A stretch of 63,553 nucleotides of DNA, counting the filler, from Octopus bimaculoides (taxonomy: Eukaryota), in the NCBI RefSeq assembly GCF_001194135.2. It is 7 parts of 6 records of this genome, joined end to end, with 100 filler letters (N's around TTAATTAATTAA, not from the genome) between each part and the next. Parts side by side here need not be neighbours in the genome. Positions count along the whole stretch, not along the records: positions 60,737 to 63,553 come from NC_068989.1; 6 more parts are not named here. One strand, given 5' to 3'. The position numbers and the translations under genes are program-made. Positions 63,077-63,553 of this stretch are shown here, piece by piece. Positions within the stretch are counted from its first letter, which is position 1, and each line of letters begins with the position of its first letter. The notes beneath the pieces are model-generated. The model had not been told where the DNA came from. It ran no database searches and saw only the letters and a program-made list of their open reading frames with translations.

Positions 63077-63553
63077 GATTCGTCTGTCTGCCACCATCTA
63101 AACTGATCCGAACTGAGTACAGCTGTTAGCTGAATGAGGTGAGTGGCAGCGAAGTGGGGGTGGCTGGCTGATATGTTGTGAACTCTAATGAAAGTAGAAA
63201 TGCATAAATCATTAACAGTTAGTTCCAGCCCACGTCTCACTGTTTTCGAGCTTCAGAAGCAGATGTTTTCTGCACGCTGAACCTATGAACTATTAGCTGG
63301 ACTGAGTTACCTTACTCAGATAGCGTTACATGTCAGCACACAAACCTTTCACTAACTCATTTCCCACCTTAATACACACTCAATTGCGCGCACATACACA
63401 CACATACACATATACATACACTTAAATACGCACACACACTCATACATGTATACAATACATATGGTGCATATATTTTTGTATATCTAATGTTAATATACAT
63501 GTATGTGTGTATGTGCATCTATCTATCTATCTATCTATCTATTTATTTCTCTC

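Overview
AT-rich, microsatellite-saturated eukaryotic draft sequence with many N gaps. The repeat repertoire (tRNA-derived SINEs, R4/Dong and RTE LINE pieces, DD37D mariner, MULE) best fits a coleoid cephalopod such as Octopus; this is an inference from remembered repeat families, not a search. The window is not one contig: six artificial N44-TTAATTAATTAA-N44 linkers split it into seven segments, so adjacency across linkers is uncertain. Nearly all ORFs in the supplied track are microsatellite or N artefacts. The main result is a spliced minus-strand gene assembled by hand at 34794-44038. It has five phase-compatible GT-AG exons giving a 131-aa ORF: signal peptide, short pro-region ending in KR, and an 8-Cys EMI-like domain (CGWWGWRRCKRYR...CYRCCRGW). 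The last exon is tentative. Also present: phase-compatible exons of a second, unidentified minus-strand gene (3386-3499, 32-201); a 174-codon Cys/Tyr-rich open frame (55155-55679); a (TAA)n-centred retroelement community with evidence of repeated insertion at the same sites; Penelope-type ends with degenerate hammerhead-like cores; and a perfect 38-bp-arm palindrome. No CRISPR array, rRNA or genuine tRNA gene is supported.
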